From the NCBI GenBank assembly GCA_040880975.1, contig JBBEEC010000059.1:6486-70485 (forward strand): a DNA stretch of 64,000 bases, written 5' to 3'. Numbering within the stretch: the first letter of the stretch is position 1; the number at the start of each line of letters is the position of its first letter. Below are positions 38,045-48,434 of this stretch, piece after piece. This stretch comes from Bacteroidota bacterium (GTDB lineage: Bacteria > Bacteroidota > Ignavibacteria > UBA10030). A model generated the notes under the pieces. The model was not told the origin of the DNA, did no database searches, and saw nothing but the letters and a program-made list of their open reading frames with translations. The translations under genes and the position numbers were made by a program.

Positions 38045-40924
38045 ATGACGCCGCCACCACATTCGGACTCAACATCCCCTTTGTTTCAGAAGCTCGCCGA
38101 AGCTGTTCGTAACGAACTGGATGTTCTCTCGAAGCAATCACACGAAGTCACGCTTTGTTCCGGTGAGTTTATTGGTTCCTTCGCCGGCATGCATTACTAT
38201 CGCTTTGAGATCCCTGAGAATATCTCTTTGAGCGGCATCCTTCACGGCATGTTTTCGTTCGGGCGGTTGAATCCCATCGAACTCCCCGGCACGTTTATCG
38301 CCGTTGAGAATCAATACCTTACCGTCGCCCTTCCCCGGAATTTTGGCCCGGTCATCCCGGAAACCGATTGCCGGTGGGAAGTTGCTCCGTTTCTGTCGTC
38401 GATCATCGATCGCCTTGCTTCGCTGGACCCAACGCTCCCCATCCCCGCGCAATTGCTCAATCCCGCCTCGCGTGACAATCACCATGCCGTTGGATTCGAC
38501 TTTCAGATTCTCCCAAGCACACCGCAGGACCAAAAGACCGCGCTGGAAAGCATTGTTCAAAACCGATTGACCTTTGTCTGGGGCCCGATTCTGTCCGGAA
38601 AGACGCATTTACTGGCACACATCGCGGCGAACTATGTCAGAGCAGGCAAGAAGATCCTGTTTGTGGACACGGTGAACGAACGCGTCGATGATGTTCTCCT
38701 CCGTTCGATTGAGATCGGTCAACAGCTCGGAATCGATATGGCATCGGTAACGGGAGTGGTCGGCTTTCCTGCTGTGGAGAATTTTGAGAAACTGGGGCCC
38801 ATTTCCCTTGAACAGCAGGCGGAGGCAAAGCGGGAGGAGAAACGGAAGAGCTTTCAGGAGCGGGTCCATGTGCTGAAAACATACTGGCGCGTTCGTATCA
38901 AGCAGATGCTTCATGAGGACGAGACGGCGCGGCTGGCCGGGATCCGGGAAAAACTTTCGGAACGGAAAAAAATCATCGAGCAGGCCGGCGCAGAGATCGC
39001 CCAACTCCGCGAAGCAGTGAACAGAGTTCAAAATGCTTCGATGATGGACAGGTTGAAAAAAGGGTTTGGCAAAGATGACCTTGCCGCGGCCCAAAAGAAA
39101 CTGGACGACAAGGTGTCCTCCCTGAAGTGGCTTCAATCCTCGCTCACGTCGCTGACCCATGAATCCATGAAGATCGAGGCTCACGCACCGATCAGCGGGG
39201 AAGACCAGAAAGAGTTCAACCTCGCATTGAAACGCATCGAAGAGCTTGGAGGACTTGCTGCCGTGGAAGAGGCCGTCAGGCAATACACGTCCATTGACGA
39301 ACAGGCCCTCCTCGATTCCAAAATATTTCTTGGCACCACGCTTGCAAATGCATTGTGCAATCCGCACCTGCGCAGCAAACAGTTTGATATGGTCATGGTG
39401 GATGACGCCGAAGGGATTCCCATTCCGTACCTCACCGCCCTGTCCGCGATGGCCCGGGAGAAAATGGTCGTGTCGGGTGATCCGTATCAATTGGGACCCG
39501 AATCATCCTCCAATACCCCTTTGGCGCAAGAGTGGCTGCAGCGGGATATTTTTCTGCACAGAACGGGAGGAGAACAACTTCCGGGTCTCTTTGACTACAC
39601 GGAGAAGAATTCCCAATCGTGCATTCTTCTTTCTTCCCATTTTGCAACAACCCCAAAACTTTCGCTCTTTGTCGGATCGATTGTTTTCGACGACAAGATC
39701 AACGTCTTTGCATCTCCCAACGCCAAGGGCAGAATCTTCTTCGTGGATACCAGCGCCCTTCGATCCCAGGCAAAGCAATATATCGGCAGAAAGAAGATCA
39801 TTCCGTATAACGATCTGCAAACGCACAAAGTATTGGAGCTCGTCAAACATGCGCTCATGGAGCCGGGACGAACAGCCAGCGACGTGGGAGTCATCCTTCC
39901 TTTTTCGGGCCCCACGCTGTACACCAGGCAACGATTGCGCGCGCACGGAATTCAAAATATCGAAGTCGGCACACCGAATTCCTTTCAGGGCAGAAGGAAG
40001 AAGGCGGTGATCTTCGATACCGTGATGGCGGGCGTGGATTACACCATGCGTCCCATCGATGACAAGAAGGTCGGTGAGCATCAGATCGTGCGGCTGCTGA
40101 ATACCGTGTTTTCCTGTGTCGAGGAAGACCTTTATGTTGTCGCTGACGTGAGTCATCTCAACACATTCTACAAAGACAGGCTTCTGAACAAGTTGTTGAC
40201 CCTCCTGCGGTCGCAGGCTGATCCGGGCATCAATTTTTCCCAAGCGGCGAAGGATTTCGATCAATTGGAGTGGGATCAAAAAGCCATTCGTCTGTCGTAC
40301 GCGGCCGAGCCCACACGGACCGGCGGCCCCGTCGGCCAGCAACACAGTATGCTCAAGGATGACGCGGAGTTTGCCGTGCAGATGAAAATGATGGCAAAGA
40401 AGAATGCCGGGAAACTGGAGGGAAAGGAACGCAACTACGAGGGGGAAACGTATACGGCCGTACATCGCGTCTTGGGATTGCTTGCCGATGTGAATCTCCT
40501 GGCCCCGGTCGTGGGTCACAAGCTCCTGTTCCACCATTCCTACGAAACGGAACAGGCAATAGTGAAACTTCCGATCACCGTGGCGCGGTCAGAAAAAGAA
40601 TTTCGGGGTGTCATGGAGGATTGGAATTTGTTGGTGTATGAAAAATCCGGCGGGAGTAAAGCGGATATCCTGTTTTTCAAAAACACGCCTGAAACACGCG
40701 TACGGTGGGATGTCAACGCCCTGAAGGCGTTCTACTCTGCGGAAGTCGATTCTGTCGTTGAAGAAGGGAAACAGAAGATCGCAATGGCGGTATCCAGAAT
40801 TTTTCAGGAGTGTATAGGCAAGCCCAAGCCGACGACCCCCGACGATTGGCACACGGGGTATCTGAATTTTCTGGAGAAACTTGAGGCATACTTGGGATGG
40901 ATTTCGGAGCAGATGAGGAAATAA
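38045..40924 (+). CDS. Upf1-like superfamily-1B helicase (AAA_11/AAA_12-type) with an unassigned ~170-aa N-terminal domain, a long coiled-coil insertion between motifs I and II, and an unassigned ~250-aa C-terminal domain
   Basis: Walker A GPILSGKT, motif II MVMVDDAEG, motif III VVSGDPYQLGP, motif V TPNSFQGRRKKAVIFD, motif VI RLLNTVFSCVEEDLYVV. The 280-aa insert between motifs I and II is heptad-rich. Monocistronic, with a terminator upstream and a divergent gene downstream. Confidence 0.8.
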   Translation: MTPPPHSDSTSPLFQKLAEAVRNELDVLSKQSHEVTLCSGEFIGSFAGMHYYRFEIPENISLSGILHGMFSFGRLNPIELPGTFIAVENQYLTVALPRNFGPVIPETDCRWEVAPFLSSIIDRLASLDPTLPIPAQLLNPASRDNHHAVGFDFQILPSTPQDQKTALESIVQNRLTFVWGPILSGKTHLLAHIAANYVRAGKKILFVDTVNERVDDVLLRSIEIGQQLGIDMASVTGVVGFPAVENFEKLGPISLEQQAEAKREEKRKSFQERVHVLKTYWRVRIKQMLHEDETARLAGIREKLSERKKIIEQAGAEIAQLREAVNRVQNASMMDRLKKGFGKDDLAAAQKKLDDKVSSLKWLQSSLTSLTHESMKIEAHAPISGEDQKEFNLALKRIEELGGLAAVEEAVRQYTSIDEQALLDSKIFLGTTLANALCNPHLRSKQFDMVMVDDAEGIPIPYLTALSAMAREKMVVSGDPYQLGPESSSNTPLAQEWLQRDIFLHRTGGEQLPGLFDYTEKNSQSCILLSSHFATTPKLSLFVGSIVFDDKINVFASPNAKGRIFFVDTSALRSQAKQYIGRKKIIPYNDLQTHKVLELVKHALMEPGRTASDVGVILPFSGPTLYTRQRLRAHGIQNIEVGTPNSFQGRRKKAVIFDTVMAGVDYTMRPIDDKKVGEHQIVRLLNTVFSCVEEDLYVVADVSHLNTFYKDRLLNKLLTLLRSQADPGINFSQAAKDFDQLEWDQKAIRLSYAAEPTRTGGPVGQQHSMLKDDAEFAVQMKMMAKKNAGKLEGKERNYEGETYTAVHRVLGLLADVNLLAPVVGHKLLFHHSYETEQAIVKLPITVARSEKEFRGVMEDWNLLVYEKSGGSKADILFFKNTPETRVRWDVNALKAFYSAEVDSVVEEGKQKIAMAVSRIFQECIGKPKPTTPDDWHTGYLNFLEKLEAYLGWISEQMRK

Positions 40925-41067
40925 CAGGATTGTTCAAGGCGTAATTTGCAAGGTTCAATACAAAGTTCAAGCACCAAACTGTAACATCCAAGGAAGAATT
41001 TGCCGTTTTGTCCCGGGTCATTTTATTGGAATTTGAATCCCAGACCCTGGTCATTCCCTCTGTGTTC

Positions 41068-41718
41068 CTAATCTTCCTTTGAGTTCTTTCGTTGCCAAAC
41101 ATGCCCCGCCACCGCAAGCCCCGCAATAATCGTCAGCGCCACCACAGTTTCCCAGTTCAAGGCGTCGCGGATGTTTGACGCTCCGACACTCCCCTGGATC
41201 GCCTTTGCATAGAGAAATCCCTTGATCGACACCGCCGCAACGGTAGCAAGAAGGAGCTTCATGACGGGTAGCCGGAGCAATCCTGCCCCATAGTTGATGA
41301 GCCAATGCTGTGAGCTTGGAACAACACGAATCGCAAAAAGGCTTGCGAACGAGGAGTGTCGCTCGAGAAACTTCGTAATGGCGTGGTTCCTGAACCTCTC
41401 CACCCACGGTCCTCCCACATACCGTGCAGCTCCGTACCCTGCGAGGGTCCCTAAGGCACTCCCCAGGCATACGATCAATGTTGATTCGAATGCTCCGAAT
41501 AGCAAGGGAGTAACAAAGAAAAAAACCGACCCCGGCAGGGCAAAAGCCCACGCGGCCGTCATGGCTGTAACAATGATCACCGGCGTCAAAGGATTTTCCC
41601 CAAGCTCGCGTAGCTTTTCCCACCGCACCTGATCCTTCAGTCCGCTTTGCAGAAACACGATCAAAGCAGCCACAAGGATCAGAAACATTACTAAAGAGCG
41701 AATGCGAGGATCATTCAT
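41068..41718 (-). CDS. TVP38/TMEM64 (DedA-related, SNARE-associated) family membrane protein
   Basis: 216 aa, 5-6 TM, family motif GSALGTLAGYGAARYVG. Confidence 0.8.
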   Translation of the reverse strand: MNDPRIRSLVMFLILVAALIVFLQSGLKDQVRWEKLRELGENPLTPVIIVTAMTAAWAFALPGSVFFFVTPLLFGAFESTLIVCLGSALGTLAGYGAARYVGGPWVERFRNHAITKFLERHSSFASLFAIRVVPSSQHWLINYGAGLLRLPVMKLLLATVAAVSIKGFLYAKAIQGSVGASNIRDALNWETVVALTIIAGLAVAGHVWQRKNSKED

Positions 41719-41765
41719 AAAAAACGGTAAGGGGTGAAGAGTGAACGGTAAAGAACGAAATTCGG

Positions 41766-41834
41766 ATTGCGGATTGTTGATTGCGGACTGTCATTAGCCA
41801 TTTGACTGTTTCACGTCGATCGCAGTCCGCAATC
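41766..41834. repeat. GATTGCGGA direct repeats plus a 12-bp perfect inverted repeat GATTGCGGACTG (41779-41790) / CAGTCCGCAATC (41823-41834); preceded by a GGTAAGGGGTGAAGAGTGAACGGTAAAG block (41725-41755)
   Basis: Read directly. Sub-motifs are shared with 12071-12098 and 48421-48442. Confidence 0.55.
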
Positions 41835-41940
41835 GTTCCGCCCAAACGTCTCTGAAGAGCAATCATCGTTCAGTCGGGCGGCGGGTACAATCCGAAATTC
41901 TCTAAAATTTCCCCTGATTTCAAGGACGCAAATGGATTTC

Positions 41941-41970
41941 TTGACTGCGTGGCTCTTTTTCGGGTATATT
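41941..41970 (+). promoter_or_regulatory. Candidate sigma70 promoter TTGACT-N18-TATATT for the CNNM/CorC gene
   Basis: Hexamers at 41941-41946 and 41965-41970, about 35 nt upstream of the start at 42004. Confidence 0.4.
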
Positions 41971-42003
41971 GGGTCAAATCGAACCACGACATGTTGAGGT
42001 GTA

Positions 42004-43332
42004 ATGGATTTTTTTGGAACGGTGTTGGAAATTCTTCTTGTTTTGTTTTTTGTTTTTCTAAATGGGTTTTTTGTTGCCGCCGAATTTGCGATCGTCAAGG
42101 TCCGTGCGACTCAAATCGAACCGTTGGCCGCCAAGGGAAATCGTAGGGCCAAAATTGCCACGGAACTCATTACACATCTTGACGCTTATCTTTCCGCAAC
42201 CCAGTTGGGAATTACCATCGCAAGCCTGGCGCTGGGATGGCTGGGGGAGCCAATTGTTGCCAGCATGATTCGTCCGCTGTTTATGGACCTCGGGATCCTG
42301 GACGAGAGTATCCTGGGCGGAGTCTCTTTCGCCGTCGCCTTTACCATCATTACGTTTCTGCACATCATTCTGGGCGAGCTTGCCCCCAAATCACTCGCCA
42401 TACAAAAATCCCAGAGCACGACCCTCTGGATCGCGTATCCACTCCGGCTTTTCTACGCGTTGTTCCGCCCGATCATCAATCTCCTCAACGGAGCGGCGAA
42501 TGCCATTTTGCGTATGGTGGGAATCCAGTCCGTGAGCGAAAGCGACATGAAACACTCTGAAGAAGAACTCCGAATGCTCCTTGCCCAGGAAACGCATGTG
42601 TCTCTGACCGGCAAGAAGCTCATGCTGAATGCCATGGATTTCCGCAAGAAACAGGCCCGCCATTGTATGATTCCGCGAAAAGAGGTTGTTTCCCTGCGCC
42701 TTTCGGATCCAGTGGCCAAAAACCTGGAGATCATGCGTTCTCACAAGTACTCACGATACCCGGTCTATAAAGAGACGATCGATAACGTCATAGGCATTGT
42801 GCACACGAAGGACATTTTCAAGCTCGATCGCGATCACCGTCCTGATTTTTCCATAGAATCCGTCATCCGCGACGCCATGTTTCTTCCCGAAACCGCTCCG
42901 TTGGAGCGTGTCCTCGAGATGACGATTCAGAAGAAGGCGCACATGATCATTCTCGTGGATGAATTTGGCGGAACGGCGGGATTGGTGACCCTGGAGAATG
43001 TTCTTGAGGAAATCGTCGGGACGATTCAGGATGAATTTGACCGGGAAACGCCGGAGTTTTCAAAAGTCGGGGAAAACGAATACGTCGTCGACGCCAGCCT
43101 GACGACCAACGACGTGGAAAAGCTGATCGGTCAGGAGCTTTCCATCCGCGACATTCAGTCCATCGGCGCGTTTGTGATCGAACAACTCGGCCACTTGCCG
43201 GCGAAGGGTGAAACTGTGTCGGTCAACGGAGCGGAGTTTGTCATTGAAAAAGTTGACGATCGCGTTGTCGAAACTATCCGCGTCCGCAAAGTGCCCGTTC
43301 AAGAAAATACCGAAGAAAGTCCCTGGCAATGA
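42004..43332 (+). CDS. CNNM/CorC-HlyC family transporter (DUF21 TM domain, CBS pair, CorC_HlyC)
   Basis: N-terminal FLNGFFVAAEFAIVKVR DUF21 motif, CBS pair, and C-terminal transporter-associated domain. Confidence 0.88.
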   Translation: MDFFGTVLEILLVLFFVFLNGFFVAAEFAIVKVRATQIEPLAAKGNRRAKIATELITHLDAYLSATQLGITIASLALGWLGEPIVASMIRPLFMDLGILDESILGGVSFAVAFTIITFLHIILGELAPKSLAIQKSQSTTLWIAYPLRLFYALFRPIINLLNGAANAILRMVGIQSVSESDMKHSEEELRMLLAQETHVSLTGKKLMLNAMDFRKKQARHCMIPRKEVVSLRLSDPVAKNLEIMRSHKYSRYPVYKETIDNVIGIVHTKDIFKLDRDHRPDFSIESVIRDAMFLPETAPLERVLEMTIQKKAHMIILVDEFGGTAGLVTLENVLEEIVGTIQDEFDRETPEFSKVGENEYVVDASLTTNDVEKLIGQELSIRDIQSIGAFVIEQLGHLPAKGETVSVNGAEFVIEKVDDRVVETIRVRKVPVQENTEESPWQ

Positions 43333-45086
43333 TCCAAATCCTCCTGTTCTTTACGATTGTTCCGCTTGTGCTCCCTGCTCAACCGGTCGTTCCGCAGTGG
43401 GCCAAAGATGCGGTGTGGTATCAGATATTTCCGGAACGTTTCCGTAACGGCGATTCATCCAATGATCCGGCACCCAGCGAGCTGAAGTTTCCCCCTGCCA
43501 GGGGATGGAAGGTTTCGCCATGGAATAGTGACTGGTATCAGCTCCAACCGTGGGAGCAAGATCACAATCCCAATTTCTATGATAACGTCTTTGACCGCCG
43601 CTATGGCGGGGACCTGAAGGGCGTTCTTGATAAACTTGATTACCTCGCGGACCTCGGCATCACGGCTCTTTATTTTAATCCGATTTTCGAGGCTGCGTCT
43701 CTTCACAAATACGACGCATCGACCTATCATCACATCGACAACAACTTCGGGCCCGATCCGGAAGGTGATCTCGCCATCATCGAAGCAGAAACAGAAGACC
43801 CGGCAACATGGAAATGGAGCGCCGCGGACCGCCTGTTTCTGAACCTTATTGCGAAAGCCCACAAACGCGGCATCCGCATCATCTTAGACGGAGTCTTCAA
43901 CCACAGTGGCACGGATTTCTGGGCGTTCCGGGATGTTGTAGAGAACCAGCAACGGTCGCGTTATGCGGACTGGTTTGATGTGAGGCGCTGGGACGATCTG
44001 AAAACTCCTGAAAATGAATTCGAATACAAGGGGTGGTGGGATTATCAAGGGCTTCCGGAATTCCGTGAGGATTCCTCGGGATTCGTCCGGCCGGTATGGA
44101 CCTATTTCTTTAACATCACGAAGCGGTGGATGGATCCGAACGGCGATGGTGATCCGTCGGACGGGATCGACGGCTGGAGGCTTGACGTGGCAAACGACGT
44201 TTCACATCATTTCTGGAAAGAATGGCGTACTCTTGTCAAGAGCGTGAACCCCAACGCTTATATCGTTGGTGAAATTTGGGATGATGCCTCGACGTGGCTT
44301 CAGGGTGACGAGTTTGATGCCGTCATGAACTACCGTTTTTCGCGCGCCGTCGTGCGGTTTTTTGCTGACACAGATTCTTCGCGTTACTCGGTGAGGGAGT
44401 TCGACGAAGAACTGGCCGACGTCCGCAAGGGATACCCGGAGGAAGTGAATTATATTCTGCAAAACCTCATTGACAGCCATGACACCGACCGATGGTCGTC
44501 CATGATCCTGAACGCGAACAGAGAATATGACCGCAACAACGGCCTGCGGCACAACCCGGCTTACGACGTGCGGAAACCGGGTGAACGTGAGTTTCAGATT
44601 CTTCGGCTTATGGCCTTGTTTCAGTTGACGTATATTGGGGCACCGATGATCTATTACGGCACGGAATCCGGAATGTGGGGAGCAGACGACCCTGATGATC
44701 GGAAGCCGATGGTTTGGGACGACATTGCCTACGACGACGAACGGAGCCATCCGATCTCCGGCAAAGGCCGCCGCCCGGACAATGTGGCTTTCGACCGCGG
44801 CCTCTTTGCGTATCTGAAGCAGGTCATCGCTATTCGGAATAAACACGATGCGCTTCGGCGCGGATCGTTCCGGACGCTCCTCGCCACCGACGAGGGCATC
44901 TACGCATTTGAACGCGCCCATGGCAAGGAGCTTGTAACCGTGATTTTGAACAACTGCGACAAACCTCAAAGAACAGCCCTGGGTGGCCAATTCCGATACA
45001 CCGACTTGCTTACGGGCAAGAACATTCTGGGTTCCGACATCTGGTTGCCGGCAAGGTCGGGAATGGTCTTGGTGCCTTCCAGGTAA
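43329..45086 (+). CDS. Secreted glycoside hydrolase family 13 alpha-amylase-like enzyme
   Basis: Signal peptide. GH13 regions I-IV (DGVFNHSG, GWRLDVANDV, YIVGEIWD, LIDSHDTDR). Confidence 0.88.
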   Translation: MIQILLFFTIVPLVLPAQPVVPQWAKDAVWYQIFPERFRNGDSSNDPAPSELKFPPARGWKVSPWNSDWYQLQPWEQDHNPNFYDNVFDRRYGGDLKGVLDKLDYLADLGITALYFNPIFEAASLHKYDASTYHHIDNNFGPDPEGDLAIIEAETEDPATWKWSAADRLFLNLIAKAHKRGIRIILDGVFNHSGTDFWAFRDVVENQQRSRYADWFDVRRWDDLKTPENEFEYKGWWDYQGLPEFREDSSGFVRPVWTYFFNITKRWMDPNGDGDPSDGIDGWRLDVANDVSHHFWKEWRTLVKSVNPNAYIVGEIWDDASTWLQGDEFDAVMNYRFSRAVVRFFADTDSSRYSVREFDEELADVRKGYPEEVNYILQNLIDSHDTDRWSSMILNANREYDRNNGLRHNPAYDVRKPGEREFQILRLMALFQLTYIGAPMIYYGTESGMWGADDPDDRKPMVWDDIAYDDERSHPISGKGRRPDNVAFDRGLFAYLKQVIAIRNKHDALRRGSFRTLLATDEGIYAFERAHGKELVTVILNNCDKPQRTALGGQFRYTDLLTGKNILGSDIWLPARSGMVLVPSR

Positions 45087-45153
45087 GCATTCAGTTTTTA
45101 GGTTCCGGTATCTTCATTATTTTCTGAACCCATATTTACTTCCCTCCATTCCT

Positions 45154-45675
45154 ATGAACGAATCACCTCAGCAATATGCCGCCCGCATTTCATCCTATGT
45201 TGCCGGAAAGAACTTTCTCCAGCAAATACAGAAATCGCCGCGCAGGATCGCAGCGTTATTGCGCGGAAAGCGTCCGCCACAACTGAACAAGCGTCCGTCC
45301 CCCGAACGGTGGTCCGTGGCGGAAGTTCTCGCTCACCTGACAGAGGCTGAGATCGCCTACGGATACCGCATCCGGCTCATCGCAGGCGCTCCCGGCACAC
45401 CCATTCAGGCATTTAACCAGGACAAGTGGCAGGTCCACGCGCGATATCTGCAAAGAAATCCTAAGCAAACAGCGGTTTTTTTTGAAAGTCTGCGGCTTCT
45501 GAACGTTCTGTTCATTAAATCCCTGCCGCCCGACGCTCTCGATCGGTTCGGCATCCACGAGGAGCGGGGCCACGAATCCATCCGGCGACTGACGGAATTG
45601 ATGGCGGGGCACGACGAGAATCACATCAGGCAGCTGGCGGCTATTTTGAAGCCGGGAAGAAAGGCACCGGAGTAA
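45154..45675 (+). CDS. DinB_2 / DinB-YfiT-like protein
   Basis: Start at MNESPQQ (45154). Conserved His triad context (VLAHLTEAE...HDENHI). Confidence 0.7.
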   Translation: MNESPQQYAARISSYVAGKNFLQQIQKSPRRIAALLRGKRPPQLNKRPSPERWSVAEVLAHLTEAEIAYGYRIRLIAGAPGTPIQAFNQDKWQVHARYLQRNPKQTAVFFESLRLLNVLFIKSLPPDALDRFGIHEERGHESIRRLTELMAGHDENHIRQLAAILKPGRKAPE

Positions 45676-45800
45676 GGAATAAGTAGTAGGGAGTAGGAAG
45701 GAAGATGATGCATCGCAGCACCGCTTACTTCTTGCTTCTTACTTTTTACTTCTTGCTTCGTTCTTCTTACTTCTTACTCCATACTCCCTACTCAATGTTT
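45676..45800. repeat. Low-complexity purine arm (AGTAAGGAATAAGTAGTAGGGAGTAGGAAGGAAG) and pyrimidine arm (CTTACTTCTT... CTACTCCCTACTC) imperfect inverted repeat
   Basis: Read directly. Same purine-arm/pyrimidine-arm architecture as elements A and B. Confidence 0.5.
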
Positions 45801-45813
45801 CAACGAGTAACGC

Positions 45814-46758
45814 ATGCAACCAGAAATCCTCATAGGCATGGGTGGCTGGTCTCTCCCGGCTTTTGACGGGCGCTTCTATCCGGCTGAGCAGGGAAAGGGA
45901 TTCAGAAAACTCGAATACTTCAGCCGGTATTTTGACCTGGTGGAAGTGAACGCGACGTTCTATACCACCGCCCTCGCCCCGCAACAAGCCCGGCGCTGGC
46001 TCAAAGACATCGAGGAGAACAAGAACTTCACCTTCACGGTGAAATTGTTTCAGGGATTCACGCACAAGTACAACGCCACACAAAGTGATGCCCAGTCCGT
46101 CAGAGCATTGCTGGAACCGCTGGCAGGCTCGGGAAAACTCGGGGGCCTCGTTCTCCAGTTTCCGCATCTTTTCATCCGCACGAAAGAACGCGAACAATAT
46201 TTGAAGAAGATGTCCGACGCTTTCGGCGCCTACGCCCTTTTCCTGGAACTTCGGCATGATTCATGGAATAATGCAGAGTCGTTTGCCCTGCTCAAAGAAT
46301 GGGGCTTTCGGCTGATCAACACGGACCTTCCTGCGATCAAACATCATATGCCCTTCACCAATGAGGCTTGGAGCGACACGGCGTATTATCGTCTCATGGG
46401 ACGCAACAAAGAGTCCTGGGATCAAGGCGGCGTGCAGGAACGATACAAGTACTTCTACTCTGAACAGGAATTGAAGGAAGTGTTGGAACGGATCAGTGCT
46501 TTGAAATCGACCGTGAAGAAAGCATTTGTTGTTTTTCATAACGATCCCGATGCCAACTCACCTGTAAATGGGTTTCAACTGAAAAACATGGCTGATCCGA
46601 AGAAGATCATTCATGTGCCAAAGCCCCTGATGCAGACCTTCCCCCGATTGGCGGAGTTTTCCTCTGTTCTTCCTCAAGGAGAACTCTTTCCGGAAAAAGG
46701 GAAAGTATTTAAACTCAGGCCTGTTTCCGAAAAGAGAACTGAGTCAGACATATCATGA
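45814..46758 (+). CDS. DUF72 (YecE-like) family protein
   Basis: ILIGMGGWSLPAFDGRFYP N-terminus and TIM-barrel DUF72 pattern (VEVNATFY, LQFPH). Confidence 0.8.
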   Translation: MQPEILIGMGGWSLPAFDGRFYPAEQGKGFRKLEYFSRYFDLVEVNATFYTTALAPQQARRWLKDIEENKNFTFTVKLFQGFTHKYNATQSDAQSVRALLEPLAGSGKLGGLVLQFPHLFIRTKEREQYLKKMSDAFGAYALFLELRHDSWNNAESFALLKEWGFRLINTDLPAIKHHMPFTNEAWSDTAYYRLMGRNKESWDQGGVQERYKYFYSEQELKEVLERISALKSTVKKAFVVFHNDPDANSPVNGFQLKNMADPKKIIHVPKPLMQTFPRLAEFSSVLPQGELFPEKGKVFKLRPVSEKRTESDIS

Positions 46759-48434
46759 CGAGCCTCACTCCGAAACTCCTCACAACGCTGGAGGAAGGAT
46801 ATTCCCTCCGACAGCTCGGCGCAGACGCCTCGGCCGGACTTCTTGTTGGAATCGTCGCGCTCCCGCTGGCAATTGCGTTCGCGATCGCGTCCGGCGTGAA
46901 GCCCGAACAGGGGCTGTATACTGCGATCGTCGCCGGATTCATAGCGTCGGTGCTGGGCGGAAGCAGAGTACAAATTTCCGGGCCAACCGGCGCCTTTATT
47001 GTAGTGATCTATGGTGTCGTTCAGCAATATGGATATCATGGACTTGCCATCGCAACCATGATCGCCGGCTTTCTGCTCATCGCCATGGGCATTGCGCGTA
47101 TGGGTGTACTCCTCCGGCTTATTCCGTATCCGGTGACTGTCGGATTCACAAGCGGTATCGCTCTCATAATTTTCTCCTCTCAGGTCAAAGATTTTTTCGG
47201 CCTGGCCATTGATGTCGTGCCGGCGGACTTTGTCCAGAAATGGAGTGCTTTTGCCGGCGCGTTTGATTCCGCCACCATTTCATCGGTCATGGTGGGCGCG
47301 GGATCGTTGTTGATTCTGTTGCTTTGGCCCCGCGTGACGCGGAAAGTTCCCGCCCCTATGGTTGCGATCATTATCATGACGGCCCTTGTGCATTTCCTGA
47401 ATATTCCCGTTGAGACCGTCGGAAGCAGGTTTGGATCCGTATCGACAACGATTCCGGAACCCACAATGCCCGAGGGCAGCTGGGAGCTCGTGACAACCAT
47501 GTTCGGCCCGGGTGTCACCATCGCATTGCTTGCCGGCATCGAGTCCCTTCTCTCAGCAGTGGTGGCGGACGGTATGATGGGCACGAGGCACCGTTCGAAC
47601 ATGGAGCTTGTCGCCCAAGGTGTGAGTAACGTCATTTCCCCTCTGTTCGGGGGAATCCCTTCTACCGGAGCAATCGCACGGACGGCAACGAATGTCAAAA
47701 ATGGCGGCATCACTCCGGTTTCGGGGATCATCCATGCACTGACGATTCTGATTCTTATGCTCTTCTTCGGTTCGCTCGCATCCCTGATCCCGATGGCCAC
47801 CCTTGCGGCCGTACTGATCATGGTTGCTTACACGATGAGCGAATGGCATGCCTTCGTCAAGACATTCCGCGGTGCGCGGGGAGATGTGGCCATCCTCCTC
47901 ACCACGTTCCTCTTAACCGTCCTGATCGATCTGACGGTCGCCATTGAAGTCGGCGTCGTGCTCGCTGCATTCTTGTTCCTTCGTCAGATGGCGGGAGTCA
48001 CACAGGTCCAGTTGATCACGAAGGACATTGACGAAAACGAGGAAGAGAAAGAAGATCCGCTTGCCATATCCAGGCGGTCAGTGCCGGAAGGAGTGGAAGT
48101 CTTCGAGATTTATGGTTCTCTTTTTTACGCCGCCGTGGATCAGTTCAAGGATTCCCTCCGAGCGGTTGAAAAACCTCCGCTCGTTCTTATTTTGAGGACA
48201 CGGAATATGCTTGCCATCGATGCCACAGGTCTCCGGGCGCTGGAGGATCTTCTTGAACGAACCCGGAGGGAAGGAACGATCCTTGTCATTTCGGGAATTC
48301 ACAAGCAACCGCTGTTCTCCCTGACGACATCGGGCCTGCTGGATAAGATCGGTGAGGATAACGTTTGCGGAAATATCGATGAAGCGTTGGAGAGAGCGAG
48401 GGCAATTGTAGGACAGGTGAAGAGTAAAGGGTGA
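46755..48434 (+). CDS. SulP family inorganic anion transporter with C-terminal STAS domain
   Basis: 559 aa; SulP core with STAS (ILVISGIHKQP...IDEALERA). Confidence 0.88.
   Translation: MTSLTPKLLTTLEEGYSLRQLGADASAGLLVGIVALPLAIAFAIASGVKPEQGLYTAIVAGFIASVLGGSRVQISGPTGAFIVVIYGVVQQYGYHGLAIATMIAGFLLIAMGIARMGVLLRLIPYPVTVGFTSGIALIIFSSQVKDFFGLAIDVVPADFVQKWSAFAGAFDSATISSVMVGAGSLLILLLWPRVTRKVPAPMVAIIIMTALVHFLNIPVETVGSRFGSVSTTIPEPTMPEGSWELVTTMFGPGVTIALLAGIESLLSAVVADGMMGTRHRSNMELVAQGVSNVISPLFGGIPSTGAIARTATNVKNGGITPVSGIIHALTILILMLFFGSLASLIPMATLAAVLIMVAYTMSEWHAFVKTFRGARGDVAILLTTFLLTVLIDLTVAIEVGVVLAAFLFLRQMAGVTQVQLITKDIDENEEEKEDPLAISRRSVPEGVEVFEIYGSLFYAAVDQFKDSLRAVEKPPLVLILRTRNMLAIDATGLRALEDLLERTRREGTILVISGIHKQPLFSLTTSGLLDKIGEDNVCGNIDEALERARAIVGQVKSKG

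Noticed and set aside
38609-40537. Two long minus-strand ORFs (293 and 344 aa)
   Set aside because: Both are antisense to the SF1B helicase gene, whose motifs I-VI are collinear on the plus strand.
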